Notes under the pieces: model-generated | The model's input: the letters and a program-made list of their open reading frames with translations, nothing else | What the model was told of the DNA's origin: nothing | Database searches by the model: none | Part shown: positions 1 through 12,000 of the stretch, piece after piece | Layout of the letters: every line of letters begins with the position of its first letter | Numbering within the stretch: the stretch's first letter is position 1 | Program-made: the position numbers and the translations under genes | DNA from: Camelus ferus | Lineage: Eukaryota | Reading direction: 5' to 3' | NCBI RefSeq assembly: GCF_009834535.1 | Contig: NC_045697.1 | Location: 13,642,001 to 13,702,000 of the forward strand | Length of the DNA stretch: 60,000 bases

Positions 1-510
1 GTCAGAATATAAAAACAGCTCATAAAACTCAGTACCAAAACCAACAAACAACCCAATCAAAAAAGGTGCAGAAGTTCTGTATGGACATGTTTGCAAAAAA
101 GACCTACAGATTGCTAACCGACACGTGAGAAGATGCTCACCATTGCTAATTATTAGAGAAATACAAATCAAAATGAGAATGAGATATCATCTTACACCTG
201 TCAGAAGGGCTGTCATCAAAAAGTCTACAAAAAACAAATATTGACTAGGATGTGAAGAAAAAGGAAATCTTGTACACTGCGAGGGGAACTGTCAATTGGT
301 AGGGTATGGAGTTTCCTTAAAAAATTAGTAACAGAACTACCATATGATCCAGCAATTCCACTTCTGGACATACAGCTGGGAAAAACAAAAACACTAATTC
401 AAAAAGATACATGCTCCCCAGTGTTCATAGCTGCACTGTTTACAATAAGCTAAGTTACTGAAGCAACCCAAGTGTCCCTCAACAGATGAATGGGTAAAGA
501 TGTGATGTGT
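1..510 (+). mobile_element. Old LINE-1 fragment (3' end of ORF2), runs off the window start
   Basis: Clear but diverged similarity to 12150-12670 of the young L1 (e.g. catatgatccagcaattccacttctgg, gtgttcatagctgcactgtttacaata); no open frame. Confidence 0.9.
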
Positions 511-649
511 ATATATGTACACATTTTGTAGTAAGTTAGGAGGATAAAGAAACACTTTTCAGATGCCACCTGGTGCCAGATACCAAATCGAGTATACAGG
601 AAATTCTACAGGGCAAATGACCCAGGATTCTCCATGAAAAAAATATAAA

Positions 650-900
650 GGCAGAGAAAATCCAGAACACTGACAATACCAAATACCGGTGAGGATGTAG
701 AGCAACAGGAATTCTCATTTACTGCTTGTGGGAATTCAAAATGGTACCCCCACTTTGGAAGTCAGTTTGGCGGTTTGTTACAAAAGTAGACATACTCTTA
801 CCTTAGGGTCATGTTACACTCCTTGATATTTACTCAAAGGAAGTGAAAGCTTATAGTCACACAAAAGCCTGCACATAAATATTTATATCAGATTTATTTT
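650..900 (+). mobile_element. Ancient L1M (L1MC/ME-like) ORF2 3' fragment
   Basis: gaggatgtagagcaacaggaattctcatttactgcttgtgggaattcaaaatggtac...cactttggaagtcagtttggc resembles the CCHC-region DNA of old L1M elements. Confidence 0.75.
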
Positions 901-1796
901 AAAGAAGAAAGAAAGTTGCTTGCCAAACCCAGGGTCATATGTTTTTCCTCTCTGAGAAGAAAAGGGTCTCTATGAAAACCCTCACCTTTCCATTCTTCAG
1001 CCTGTTGTCCGCTGACTATGTATAATGACTGCCAATTAGTCAAAACATAACTAAGTTGGGGAAAAATGATGAGATAAAATAGGAGTATAATTATATTTAG
1101 CTTTAGAAATAACTTGTAAAATATACACTTTTATCAGCAGTGCATAAGTTACTGTTGCTCCATAGTTTGGTGAAGCTTTGTTACTGTTAGTAAGCTGGAA
1201 ATGAGTATAGTTCCCAGGTAATGGGAAAGTTTGGAAAAGCTTAAGCTTGCTGCCCTAATGAATTTTTTGGAAGTCGCTCTCACTGCAAAAGGTAGTCGCT
1301 CTCACCGTTACAGATTTTTACAAGCTATGCGGTTTCATGTGCTTCTTACATATGCATGTCTCTTACACTTTTCCATTGCTGTGCGAGGCTCAGGGAGAGC
1401 GGACTGAGTCTGAGTGCATCCCTCATCCCACAGTATCCCAGTTATGAGCGTCACTGACAGCCTTCTACACAGCTATGTTGAAATGCTTTGCCAAGTCCTT
1501 TTCCATAGCATCTTATGAAGATGATATAATAATTTATCAATAATAATTATAATCATAATATCAATCATTAAGTGAAGCAAAATGAGATTTTTTTCCTACG
1601 TATTTGCAAAAAATCGTAAAGGACAAAATTGTGATTCTAATTTTAGTGTGTAGTTCCAATTCAATGAGAAACTGATGCCCAATCTTAACTGATGTTAAGT
1701 TATCCCCAGGATAAGATGGTCTTCACCCCCTTCCTAATGTTCAAGTTATTATGATTGGTCCAGAAATTCTTCCTTCTTTCTTCTGTTGCTTTGTGA

Positions 1797-1926
1797 CTAG
1801 TATGATCAGACACCTAGCTTGTCTGAGCCTGTCCCAGTTTATACCCATGGTTCTGGTGCAATTATTAATAAGTCCCCCTTTTTTTCTAATAAATGTCCTG
1901 GTTTGGAAGTAATTGCATGGTCTCTC
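1797..1926 (-). mobile_element. MER94-like hAT-Blackjack non-autonomous DNA transposon
   Basis: tgtcccagtttata...caattattaataagtcccccttt...aatgtcctggtttgga matches recalled MER94 consensus in reverse. Confidence 0.55.
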
Positions 1927-2189
1927 TTCTTATAACTAATAGGCTTCTTGTTTTCTCAGTTTAACACAGGAATGACTGCCTGATGCTACGACTCTAACCT
2001 GAAGCTAGTTTCTGTGTTTTCTTTTTCAAGAGTCAACCTGTTAGCTATTCCCTCTCTGAAGAAACAGAGTTCTGAATGTCCTAATACAACAGGAGGAAGA
2101 TTTTAAGCCGCTTTCAAGTTGATGCATTGAATGATAACCACCATGAACATAAATGCGGTGATCCTCAGAGAGGGGTAAGGCACACGCAA

Positions 2190-2540
2190 TTTCCAGCCTC
2201 TACCGCTTCATGTATATTCCTTCCTTTTCCTAGGAATGTCCTTCCTGTATTTTCTTATTCATCCTTCAGAGCTCCCTTAAAAATATCAAAGGATGTATTA
2301 CCTTCTCTGGCCCTTCCTGAAGCAGCCAGAGAGAAATAATCACACCCTCCATCTCTTCTCCAATAATCATCCACTCTTACCTCTTAATAACATGAGCCAC
2401 ATTGTGCTGTGTTTTCTGTGACTATGGCTGTTTTCCCAAGTAAACTGTAAAACATTTGAGAATATCTTTATATCATTATACATTTCTAATACCAAACACA
2501 AGGTAGAGTGCTCAACAAATTCTTGCCATGTGTGAATGAA
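2190..2540 (+). mobile_element. L2 3' fragment
   Basis: Ends with gtagagtgctcaacaaattcttg...tgaatgaat, the typical L2 3' terminus. Confidence 0.55.
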
Positions 2541-3379
2541 TACAGCCAGTTCAATGTAGCCAACACATACTGAGATCAATTCCATTGGTTTTAAATTGTT
2601 ATTCTGTGGTCATAAAACCCCAGAACCCATAACAACCAAGATTTCCAACTTATTTCTGATGAAACAAGATTTCCACGAACTTGACTTGAACCTTGGCATG
2701 GTACAATTGCTGGAGAGTAAACTCATATTTTTAAATGGTCGCTCCTGTCTGTGAATGGTTCCCCTCCCATTTCTTCCTCTGCATTTCTAACAGGGAATCA
2801 TGCTAAATAAATCCCAACCAGCCCTGCCCATAAAGCATCCTCTCTTCTATGCTCTCTCTCCAGTGCATCCCCTAAAAAATGCTTTGGTACAGATTTCATC
2901 ATTTTACCACTGAAAGAAATCCTCTATAATCATCAAGTGTCAGAAAGTACTGGGCTATAGAGGAATCTTTGGCAGCAACATCTTCTAAAACCAGCTCCAT
3001 TCTGAATGTTGCTTAATTTAACTTGCCAGTAAACTCGAGTAATCCAACTCCAAAGCTATTATCCAGTTATTTTATGACATTCTTAAGCCATTATATGTAA
3101 TATAGACTATTTTTCTCTAACCTAAGAATCTAATGATAATATCTTGTCAATAGTATGTCTATATATTAACTCTTTAGATTAGCATATATCAGTGAATACA
3201 AACCAAGCCTTCCAAAAGAAGTCCTAAGAACAGCCTGCGATCTGTAAAGTTTTGCAAGAACTGGGGTTTGAGGAGGGGGAGGAGAAAAGAGTGTTTCTTA
3301 GGTCTGAAGACAAGAGACATCATTTTGTGACTCTGATCTCCTTTGTATATCTGGTTCTGTCTGTACTGCATCCATCCAC

Positions 3380-3870
3380 CATTCTTTCAACACATATTTG
3401 GGGAAATCCTACCCTGTTCTATGTATTGGCCTAAATACTTTGAGAATTACAAAGCTGAATAAGACATGAATTCTGCCTTCAATGGTCTTACAATTAAGGA
3501 GGGTAAAAAACAAACAAAAAATCATTTTATTACAATGTGGGAAATGTTATAATAGAGGTAAACTTTGGGTACCCTAAGCTGTAAATAATTGAAGTGACCT
3601 CTATTTGAGTTAAACAGAAAAGGCTAGACGTAATAAATCTGGGGGTTAGGTCTTTGAGAGTGAGTAGAATTTTATTAGACACTTGAAGCAAAATATGAAA
3701 TTCCAGGCAGAAGGGACAATATGCTCAAGTCGTGGGGACAGGCAAGGGAATGACACATTATGGGAATGTAATTGTAGCCACAATTAAAGATGCATACAGG
3801 AAATAATAGAAAACTTAGGCTGAGAAGTTAGAATTCAAATCATTTATTGCTTATCTGTCATGCTAAATAA
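3380..3870 (-). mobile_element. L2 fragment
   Basis: ttcaacacatatttggg...aaagctgaataagacatgaattctgccttc...attccaggcagaaggg is characteristic of reverse L2. Confidence 0.55.
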
Positions 3871-4604
3871 AGACTTTCAAATTTATACTTCTATTATTAA
3901 GATCAGTTTAATCTGAGGAGTATCATAGACAGATTATATATCTGGAATGTTATTCCATATTCCCTTTTAAGTTATTATCCTTTGTACTCCTTTGGGAAAC
4001 ATAAAAGGTTTGGAGCATCTCCACCAAAGGCCTAACTTTAGCTTAGAAGATAAGAAGGCTGGTGGTGAGTCAGTACCATTTCCCAGCCCTACACATTAGT
4101 GCAGATAAAATCAGTAACCTAACTCCATCCCTACCTAGCTTCATCCTGGAAACCTTGAAAGGCAGTAAATGTCTAAATGAATGAGATAAATTGCTCATTA
4201 TAAAACTCCCCTGGAGAGAATCAAGCACAAGGAATTAAGAAGCCCAGAGCTGAAACTCAGAAGATGAGAATGCTGGACCCAGTTCTGAAGATGTCACTTA
4301 TGAAGTGAGTAATACACTTGAGTTCCAGTGCTTATTGCTGCTCCAAACAGTTGTGTCCTCCCAAGATATTTTGCTGGAGGGTAGCTGAAAGGTGGCAGAA
4401 GCTGATAGACTCCCGCAGATCAGGAATCAATGCCAAATTCCAGAAAATCATGGACCAACTCCTCAAAGTGATCATGGGAAGATGCGAACACAAAATGTTG
4501 GAGGAAATGTTACCCTTCCCACAATTTATGAAGACCTACCTTACGCTAAAGCTTATCACTTCAACCACAGAACCAGAGTATCACATATTTTTTAATTAGG
4601 AATG

Positions 4605-4770
4605 TTAGAGTCAGCTTTCAAGATGGAAGGGTCTTCAGAGACTGGCCCGCACAAGCTTCTCCGTGAACAAGGCGGGAAACTGAGAGGAGTTAAAGGCCTT
4701 TGCTGAGGTCATGGAGTTGACAGGGCAAACACAAGACTCCAGACCCTCAAACCAGAGTACTTTAACACTC
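4605..4770 (-). mobile_element. MIR SINE fragment
   Basis: ggaagggtcttcagag...gggaaactgag...tttgctgaggtcat is reverse MIR core. Confidence 0.5.
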
Positions 4771-5107
4771 ACCTTTATTTTTTTCTCATGGATAGCACAG
4801 GGTAAATATCAAAGATATTAAGTTTCCTGCTCTTCAGAATGTCACCCCCAACAGCAGGTGGAACAAGGTTAAAGGCAAGGGTAATAAAGTCTACACGAAA
4901 CTGAGATGATGAGAAAGAAGTAAGCTGTCTCAAGTCACGCTGTGCTGTGCCAAGTGCTTCATTTAGACCAATACTCTAATCTTCTTAACGAGTCAGTGGC
5001 TAGAGGGGGAGGGAAAATACATGCCTTATTTCCTACTTGCTGGCCAGTGCAAACAAATCCATCCTCAGGTAAAGAGATGGAGACAGAGAGAAGTTCAGTA
5101 ACTTGCT

Positions 5108-5551
5108 AATAGCAGTTTCCTATAGCTGTCATGACAAAGTACCACAACGTAGGTGCCTTCAAAGAATGTCTCACAGTTCTAGAGGCCAGAACTCCAAAAT
5201 CAAAGCATCTGCAGGCTGTGCTTTCTTTGATGGCTCTTGTGGGAGAGAACTGTTCCTGACTCTTCTAGCTTCCGGTGTTTGCCAGCAATTCTTGGCCTTC
5301 CTTGGTGTATAGGTGCATCTTCTCCTTGTCACATGGCCATCTTCTCCTCGAGTGTCCTCACATCATTTTCCCTCTGTGTATGTCTGTCTCTATGTCCAAA
5401 TTTCATCTTTTTATAAAGACACCTGTCATATTGGATTGAGGCCCACACAAACTACCTCATTTTAACTAGATTACCTGTATAAAGATTTTATTTCCAAATA
5501 AGGTCACATTCTGATATCCTCTTGTGTAGGACACAATTCAGTCCATTAACA
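5108..5551 (-). mobile_element. MLT1 (MLT1C-like) MaLR solo LTR
   Basis: acaaagtaccacaa...ctcacagttctagaggccagaactccaaaatcaa...tttccaaataaggtcacattctg...ggacacaattcagtccattaaca. Confidence 0.85.
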
Positions 5552-5567
5552 CTTGCCTCAGGATATA

Positions 5568-5814
5568 CAGGTGGTCCCCTGACCTCCCATGGTTCAACTT
5601 ATGATTTTTTAACTTTACAATGGTACAGAAGTGATATGCATTCAGTAGAAACTCTACTTCAGAGTTTAAGTGTTGGTATTTTCCTGGACTAGTGATATGT
5701 AGTGCGATGCTCTCCTGTGACGCCATCCAGCCAGCTGCAGCTCCCAGGCAGCCACGTGATCACAAGGGTACACAACTGATACACTTAACAACCATTCTGT
5801 ATCTATTGTGCTTG
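5568..5814 (-). mobile_element. MER47/Tigger5-like TcMar DNA transposon, left half
   Basis: TA then caggtggtcccc...ggttcaacttatgatttttt...atgcattcagtagaaac; continues at 13254 after the nested L1 insertions. Confidence 0.8.
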
Positions 5815-6026
5815 TTTTAATTTTTAATTTTTATTTATTTTTCCCTTTTTATTGAAGTATATTTAGTTTACAATGTTGTATCAATCTCCTAGGCATGTAT
5901 CTAGAGGGAAGTCTAAGTTGAAAAGATACATGCACCCCAATGTTCATAGCAGCACTGTTTACAATAACCAAGACATGAAAGCAACCTAAATGTGCACTGA
6001 CAGGTGACTTAATAAAGAAGATGTGG
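5815..6026 (-). mobile_element. Older 5'-inverted L1, left part: minus-strand poly(A)/3' end (5815-5885) joined to an inverted ORF2 C-terminal piece (5886-6026)
   Basis: T-rich tail plus tttattgaagtata...tttacaatgttg (reverse L1 3' end), then plus-strand gatacatgcaccccaatgttcatagcagcac; continues at 13150. Confidence 0.8.
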
Positions 6027-6040
6027 ATTCTTTAGGACAA

Positions 6041-7210
6041 TGCGGAAGATGGCGGAGTAGAAGGACGCTCGCAGGTCACCCTCTCCCACAAATACACCAA
6101 GACCACATCTACAGACCCACTCAGCCAACCAGAGCACCTGTGGAACTCCGACAGAACATCGCCCTCTTCAAAAGATAAAGACGCCAAAAATCTGGTAGGA
6201 GAAAAGGAAAAAAGAAGGAACAAAAGGCAAAGCAGCGCGGGACGGGTCCCGCGGGGAGGGAGTGGCAAAGGAGGACTGGCGCTCGCTCGCTGGGTCTCCC
6301 CTCTCCAACTGAGAGGCCAGAGGGACGGAGGGGGCGCCTCCGAGGCTCGGATCTGTACAGAGCAGCCCTTGACTAACAGAACTAAGTTAAACGGGCACAG
6401 AGCGTCCCCCCAACACCCAGCCTGAGATGCGGGCCAGCAGCCGCGGGCAGGGCCAGGCTGCACAAGCCGGGCGGAGGACGGAAGTGGCTGCACGGAGGCA
6501 GCCCCGGGGGAACGCAAGGGGCTGCGCGCCGTGGCTGTGGGTGCACAGGGCAGAACAACCTGGGCCCTCCATAAAACAGCAAGGTTGATGTGCTCTCGGG
6601 GGAAGGGTGCACACCGCCATCTCTGAAAACCCTTGGAAAGTTTTCGGGGGAAGAGAGGCGGGGCTCAGGCACAGCCGCCATATCCTCGGTGCTTAGCACT
6701 CAGGCGGGGGCGGGGGCGAAACCTGCATCCGCACCGAAGGGCTTAGCAGCCTCAAAGGCCAGACTGAGACTGGCCTGCAGCCGGGGGCAGACAGGATCCT
6801 TCCATCCTGGTCCCTCAGAGAACTTGCTCCACGAAGACAAACAAGGAGCTGGGTTTTGGCTCGGAGCAGGGACAGGGCTGTCCCTCGGTCTTCCCCGAGC
6901 CCACCTGCGGAGCGCCGACCAGGGCGGAGCGCGCAGCCGCACAGAGAGCGGAGCTACTGGCGGTGCAGGTAGAGGGACAGTGGCCCCCCCGCCTTTCGGG
7001 CAGGAACACAGCCCCTGACCGCGATGCTGGGAGGGGGCACGACCCGCCCTCCTACCCGGCCAGTCTGCAACATCTGACTGCGGCATCCGGAGGGGCAGCG
7101 ACCCGCCCGCCCACAGCAGAGGAGAGCTGCACCTGACCCAGTGTTAGGAGGAGGCGCGATCTGCTTGCCGACAGGTGCTGGGAGCAGCACAGAAGAGGGC
7201 GCCAACCGAG
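6041..7210 (+). promoter_or_regulatory. L1 5'UTR internal promoter / CpG-rich island with YY1 site AAGATGGCGG at 6046-6055
   Basis: Only strongly GC- and CpG-rich segment of the window; YY1 motif sits at the usual position near the L1 5' end. Confidence 0.85.
7009..7190 (+). repeat. Degenerate ~59-bp tandem repeat (3 units) in the L1 5'UTR
   Basis: Units start at 7009, 7068, 7127 (partial at 7185); each has c..c..ctgac...ggagg.g...cga.c.gc. Confidence 0.6.
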
Positions 7211-7713
7211 GGCCTCTGAAAACAGCAAGCTGAGCTTCCAAAACAGGACGAAGACAGAAAGACTTCACATTAAAAGCACACAGACTCCAGAACACTGACA
7301 CACACACACACACACCCTTTTTTTTTAAATCTGTTATTACCTGTTCTATTTTCTATTACTCTCTTAATCTTTACTTCTTAATTCATTTCTATTTCTCTTG
7401 GGTTTTGATGTCCTGCTATTGATTAGACACAGGTTTCAAATACATCTATTCATCTCCCCCCCCTTTTTTTGTAAAGGTTTTAAAAGGACGTCTCAACCTG
7501 ATTAATACTCTGCTTCAACTCACTCTTCTATTATTCATTATACACTGTTTTCAAACCCTCTTTCTCCCTTCTTTTAAAATTCTTTCTCTCTCTCTCTTAT
7601 TTTTTTTTTTCTTTTTTTCCTAAGTTCTATTCCTAAATAGGCATCAGATAGATAAAATCCTTAAGGACCAAAATAAACAACTGATACTCCATAAACCACA
7701 GTGCCAAAGAGGT

Positions 7714-8616
7714 ATGAGCAAGATGAAGAAGCAGAAAAACCTTTCCCAATTAAAAGAACAAGAGAAATCCCCTGAAAGAAAGATCAACGAAATAGACATC
7801 GATAGCCTACTAGATCAAGATTTCAAAAAAGGAGTGATCGAACTGCTGAAGGAATTAAAAGAGATAGTGTTTAGAGATATAAAATATGTCAAAAATGAAA
7901 TTAAAGCTATAAAGAAGAGCCAAGTAGAATGGGTAAACTCATTGACAGAGATGAGGAATGATCTAATAGGTGTACAAAGCCGACTAGATAATGCAGAGGA
8001 ACGAATTAGTGATCTAGAAGACAGGGCAACAGAAAGCACCCATTCAGAAGAACTACAAGATAAGCAAATAAAAAATAATGAAAATAGTATAAGGGACCTA
8101 TGGGATAATATAAAGCATCCCAATCTTCACATAATAGGGGTCCGAGAAGGAGAAGAAAGATCAAAGGGGATTGAAAAGGTTTTTGAAGAAATCATGACTG
8201 AAAACTTCCCAAACTTAAAGAAGGAATCAGATATCCAAGTACAGGAAGCTCAGAGGGTCCCAAACAGGAAGAACCCAAATAGACCCACACCAAGACATAT
8301 CATAATCAAGATGGCCAGAGTCAAGGATAAAGAAATGATTCTAAAGGCAGCAAGAGAAAAGCAAAGAGTAAGTTACAAGGGAACCCCCATAAGGCTCTCA
8401 GCTGATTTCTCTACACAAACACTACAGGCCAGAAGGGAGTGGCAAGATATATTCAAAGCCCTGAATGAAAAAAAGATGCAGTCTAGGATCCTTTATCCAG
8501 CAAGGCTATCCTTGAGGATAGAAGGAGAAATAAAGAGTTTCACAGACAAAAAAAAGCTGCAGGAGTTTAGCAACACTAAACCCATGCTAAAAGAAATATT
8601 GAAAGGGCTATTCTAA
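7714..8616 (+). CDS. ORF1: LINE-1 ORF1p RNA-binding/chaperone protein, 300 aa, open frame
   Basis: Coiled coil (SRLDNAEERISDLED), RRM (LWDNIK..NL.IIGV, RPTPRHIII), CTD motifs ARREW and YPARLS. Confidence 0.96.
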   Translation: MSKMKKQKNLSQLKEQEKSPERKINEIDIDSLLDQDFKKGVIELLKELKEIVFRDIKYVKNEIKAIKKSQVEWVNSLTEMRNDLIGVQSRLDNAEERISDLEDRATESTHSEELQDKQIKNNENSIRDLWDNIKHPNLHIIGVREGEERSKGIEKVFEEIMTENFPNLKKESDIQVQEAQRVPNRKNPNRPTPRHIIIKMARVKDKEMILKAAREKQRVSYKGTPIRLSADFSTQTLQARREWQDIFKALNEKKMQSRILYPARLSLRIEGEIKSFTDKKKLQEFSNTKPMLKEILKGLF

Positions 8617-9020
8617 ATAGAAAAGCAGCAGGATGCTACAGAAATGAGAAACACACAACTGGAAAGGTGATAACTCATGAATTACAAATAAAGTAAACAT
8701 GAAATTATAAAAGAAGACATACAAATCACTGAGAGTGGGAGACGGAGGCAGGGAAATATAGAATATTTTTTTCTTTCTTTTTTAAATTTTTTTAACAGTA
8801 GGATGGGTTTGAGATCATGTTACTATCAGTTTACTAAAAACAGTTATAGTAATGGGTTGATAGATTTACAAAAAAGGGTAACCACAAGCCAAAAATTTAC
8901 AAAGGAGTCACAAAAATTAAATAAAATCCATGATAATACAAAGGAAAATTACCAAACCACAAAAGGAAGAAGAAAGGAACAAAGAGGGAATACCAAATCA
9001 ACTGCAAAGATAAGTTCAAA

Positions 9021-12000
9021 ATGGCAATAAACACACATCTATCATTAATTACTGTAAATGTTAATGGACTAAATACTCCAGTCAAAAGACACAGAGTGGC
9101 AGACTGGATAATAAAGCAAGAACCTTCAATATGCTGCATACAAAAGACCCACTTTAGGGAGAAGGACACATATAGATTGACAGTGAAAGGATGGAAAAGG
9201 ATATTCCATGCAAATGGAAAAGCCAAAAAAGCAGGTGTTGCAGTACTGATTTCAGACAAAATAGACTTTAAAACAAAGGCCATAAAGAAAGATAAAGAAG
9301 GACATTTTATAATGATTAAAGGAGTGATAAAAGATGAGGATATTACACTCGTTAATATATATGCACCCAATATAGGAGCACCTAAGTACATACAAGAATT
9401 ACTAACAGAAATAAAGGGGGATATTGATGGGAATACAATCATAGTTGGAGATTTTAACACTGCATTAACATCACTAGACAGATCTTCCAGACAGAAAATA
9501 AACAAGGCAACAGAGAAATTAAATACTACAATAGAAAAACTAGATTTGGTGGATATTTTCAGAGCATTACACCCCCAAAAAATAGGATATACATTCTTTT
9601 CAAGTGCACATGGAACATTTTCCAGGATCGATCATGTACTTGGGCACAAAAGAAACCTCAACAATTTTAAGAAGATAGAAATTATCTCAAGCATCTTTAC
9701 TGACCACAATGCCATGAAACTGGAAATCAACAACAGAGAAACAAAGGAGAAAAAAAGGAAAGCATGGAGATTAAACAATATGTTATTGAAAAAACAATGG
9801 ATCAGTGAGGAAATCAAAGCTGAAATTAAAAAATACCTTGAGACAAATGATAATGAAAGCACAACCACTCAAAACCTATGGGACACAGCAAAGGCAGTGC
9901 TAAGAGGGAAGTTTATAGCGATACAGGCCTTCCTCAAAAAAGAAGAACAATCTCAAATAAACAATTTAACCCACCACCTGAATGAATTAGAAAACGAAGA
10001 ACAAAAAGCCCCAAAAAGCAGCAGAAGGAAGGAAATAATAAAGACCAGAGAGGAATTAAATACAATAGAGATTAACAAGACCATAGAAAAAATCAACCAA
10101 ACCAAAAGCTGGTTTTTTGAAAAAGTAAATAAAATTGACAAACCTCTGGCCAAACTCACAAAGAAGAAAAAAGAGAGAGCACAAATTAGCAAAATAAGAA
10201 AGGAAAATGGAGAAATTACAACAAACAAAATAGAAATACAGAATATCATACGAGAATATTATGAAAAACTATATGGAACCAAACTGGATAACCTAGAGGA
10301 GATGGACAAGTTTCTGGAAACATACTGTCCACCAAAACTGAATCAAGAAGAATCTGAACACTTGAACAATCCGATCACTAGAAAGGAAATAGAAATAGCA
10401 ATTAAAAACCTCCCTACAAATAAAAGTCCAGGACCGGACGGCTTCACCAGGGAATTCTACCAAACATACAAAGAAGAACTCATACCAGTCCTTCTCAAAC
10501 TCTTCCAGACGATTGAAAAGGAGGGAATACTCCCAAACTCATTCTATGAAGCCACCATCACCCTGATACCAAAACCAGGCAAAGACAATACAAAAAAAGA
10601 GAATTATAGGCCAATATCACTGATGAACATAGACGCCAAAATCCTCACCAAAATTTTAGCAAATAGAATCCAACAACACATAAAAAAGATTATACATCAT
10701 GACCAAGTGGGGTTCATCCCAGGGACACAAGGCTGGTTCAACATACGCAAATCAATCAGTGTAATACATCACATCAACAAGAGAAAGGACAAAAACCACA
10801 TGATCATCTCAATCGATGCAGAAAAAGCATTTGATAAAATTCAACACCCATTTATGATAAAAACTCTCGCCAAAGTGGGTATAGAGGGAACATATCTCAA
10901 CATAGTAAAAGCTATATATGACAAACCTACAGCCAGCATAGTACTCAACGGTGAAAAACTCAAAAGCTTCCCACTAAAATCTGGGACAAGACAAGGATGC
11001 CCACTATCACCACTCCTATTCAACATAGTCCTGGAAGTCCTAGCCACAGCAGTCAGGCAAGAGAAAGAAATAAAAGGGATCCAAATTGGAAAAGAAGAGG
11101 TAAAAGTGTCATTATATGCTGATGACATGTTACTATATATAGAAAACCCTAAAAGGTCCACACAAAAGCTACTAGAGCTGATTGAAGAATTCAGCAAGGT
11201 AGCAGGTTACAAAATTAACGTTCAAAAATCAGTTGCATTTCTTTACACTAACGATAAATCAACAGAAGAAGAAAGTAAAGAAACAATCCCCTTTAAAATA
11301 GCACCCAAAGTAATAAAATATCTAGGAATAAATCTAACCAAGGAGGTGAAAGAATTATACACAGAAAACTATAAACCATTGATGAAGGAAATTAAAGAAG
11401 ACTTTAAAAAATGGAAAGATATTCCATGCTCCTGGAATGGAAGAATCAATATTGTTAAAATGGTCACACTGCCCAAGGCAATCTACAGATTTAATGCAAT
11501 CCCTATCCAATTACCCGGGACATATTTCACAGAACTAGAAAAAATCATAATAAAATTCATATGGAACCATCAAAGACCTAGAATTTCCAAAGCATTACTG
11601 AAGAGAAAGAAAGAGGCTGGAGGAATAACTCTCCCAGACTTCAGACAATACTATAGAGCTACAGTCATCAAGACAGCATGGTATTGGTACCAAAACAGAC
11701 ATATAGACCAATGGAACAGAATAGAGAGCCCAGAAATGAACCCACAAACTTTTGGTCAACTCATCTTTGACAAAGGAGGCAAGAATATACATTGGAATAA
11801 AGACAGTCTCTTCAGCAAATGGTGTTGGGAAAACTGGACAGCAGCATGTAAAACAATGAAGCTAGAACACTCCCTTACACCATACACAAAAATCAACTCA
11901 AAATGGATTAAAGACTTAAACATAAGACAAGATACAATAAACCTCCTAGAGGAAAACATAGGCAAAACATTATCTGACATACATTTCAAAAATTTTCTCC

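Noticed and set aside
1272..1305. 12-bp direct repeat agtcgctctcac spaced 22 bp apart
   Set aside because: Only two short copies; a local micro-duplication, not a CRISPR-like array
4318..4599. Overlapping 93-aa and 67-aa ORFs (TIYEDLPY motif)
   Set aside because: Non-ATG starts, no recognisable family and no convincing splice pair
6041..7210. CpG island as a host gene promoter
   Set aside because: Lies wholly within the TSD-bounded L1 and is its 5'UTR
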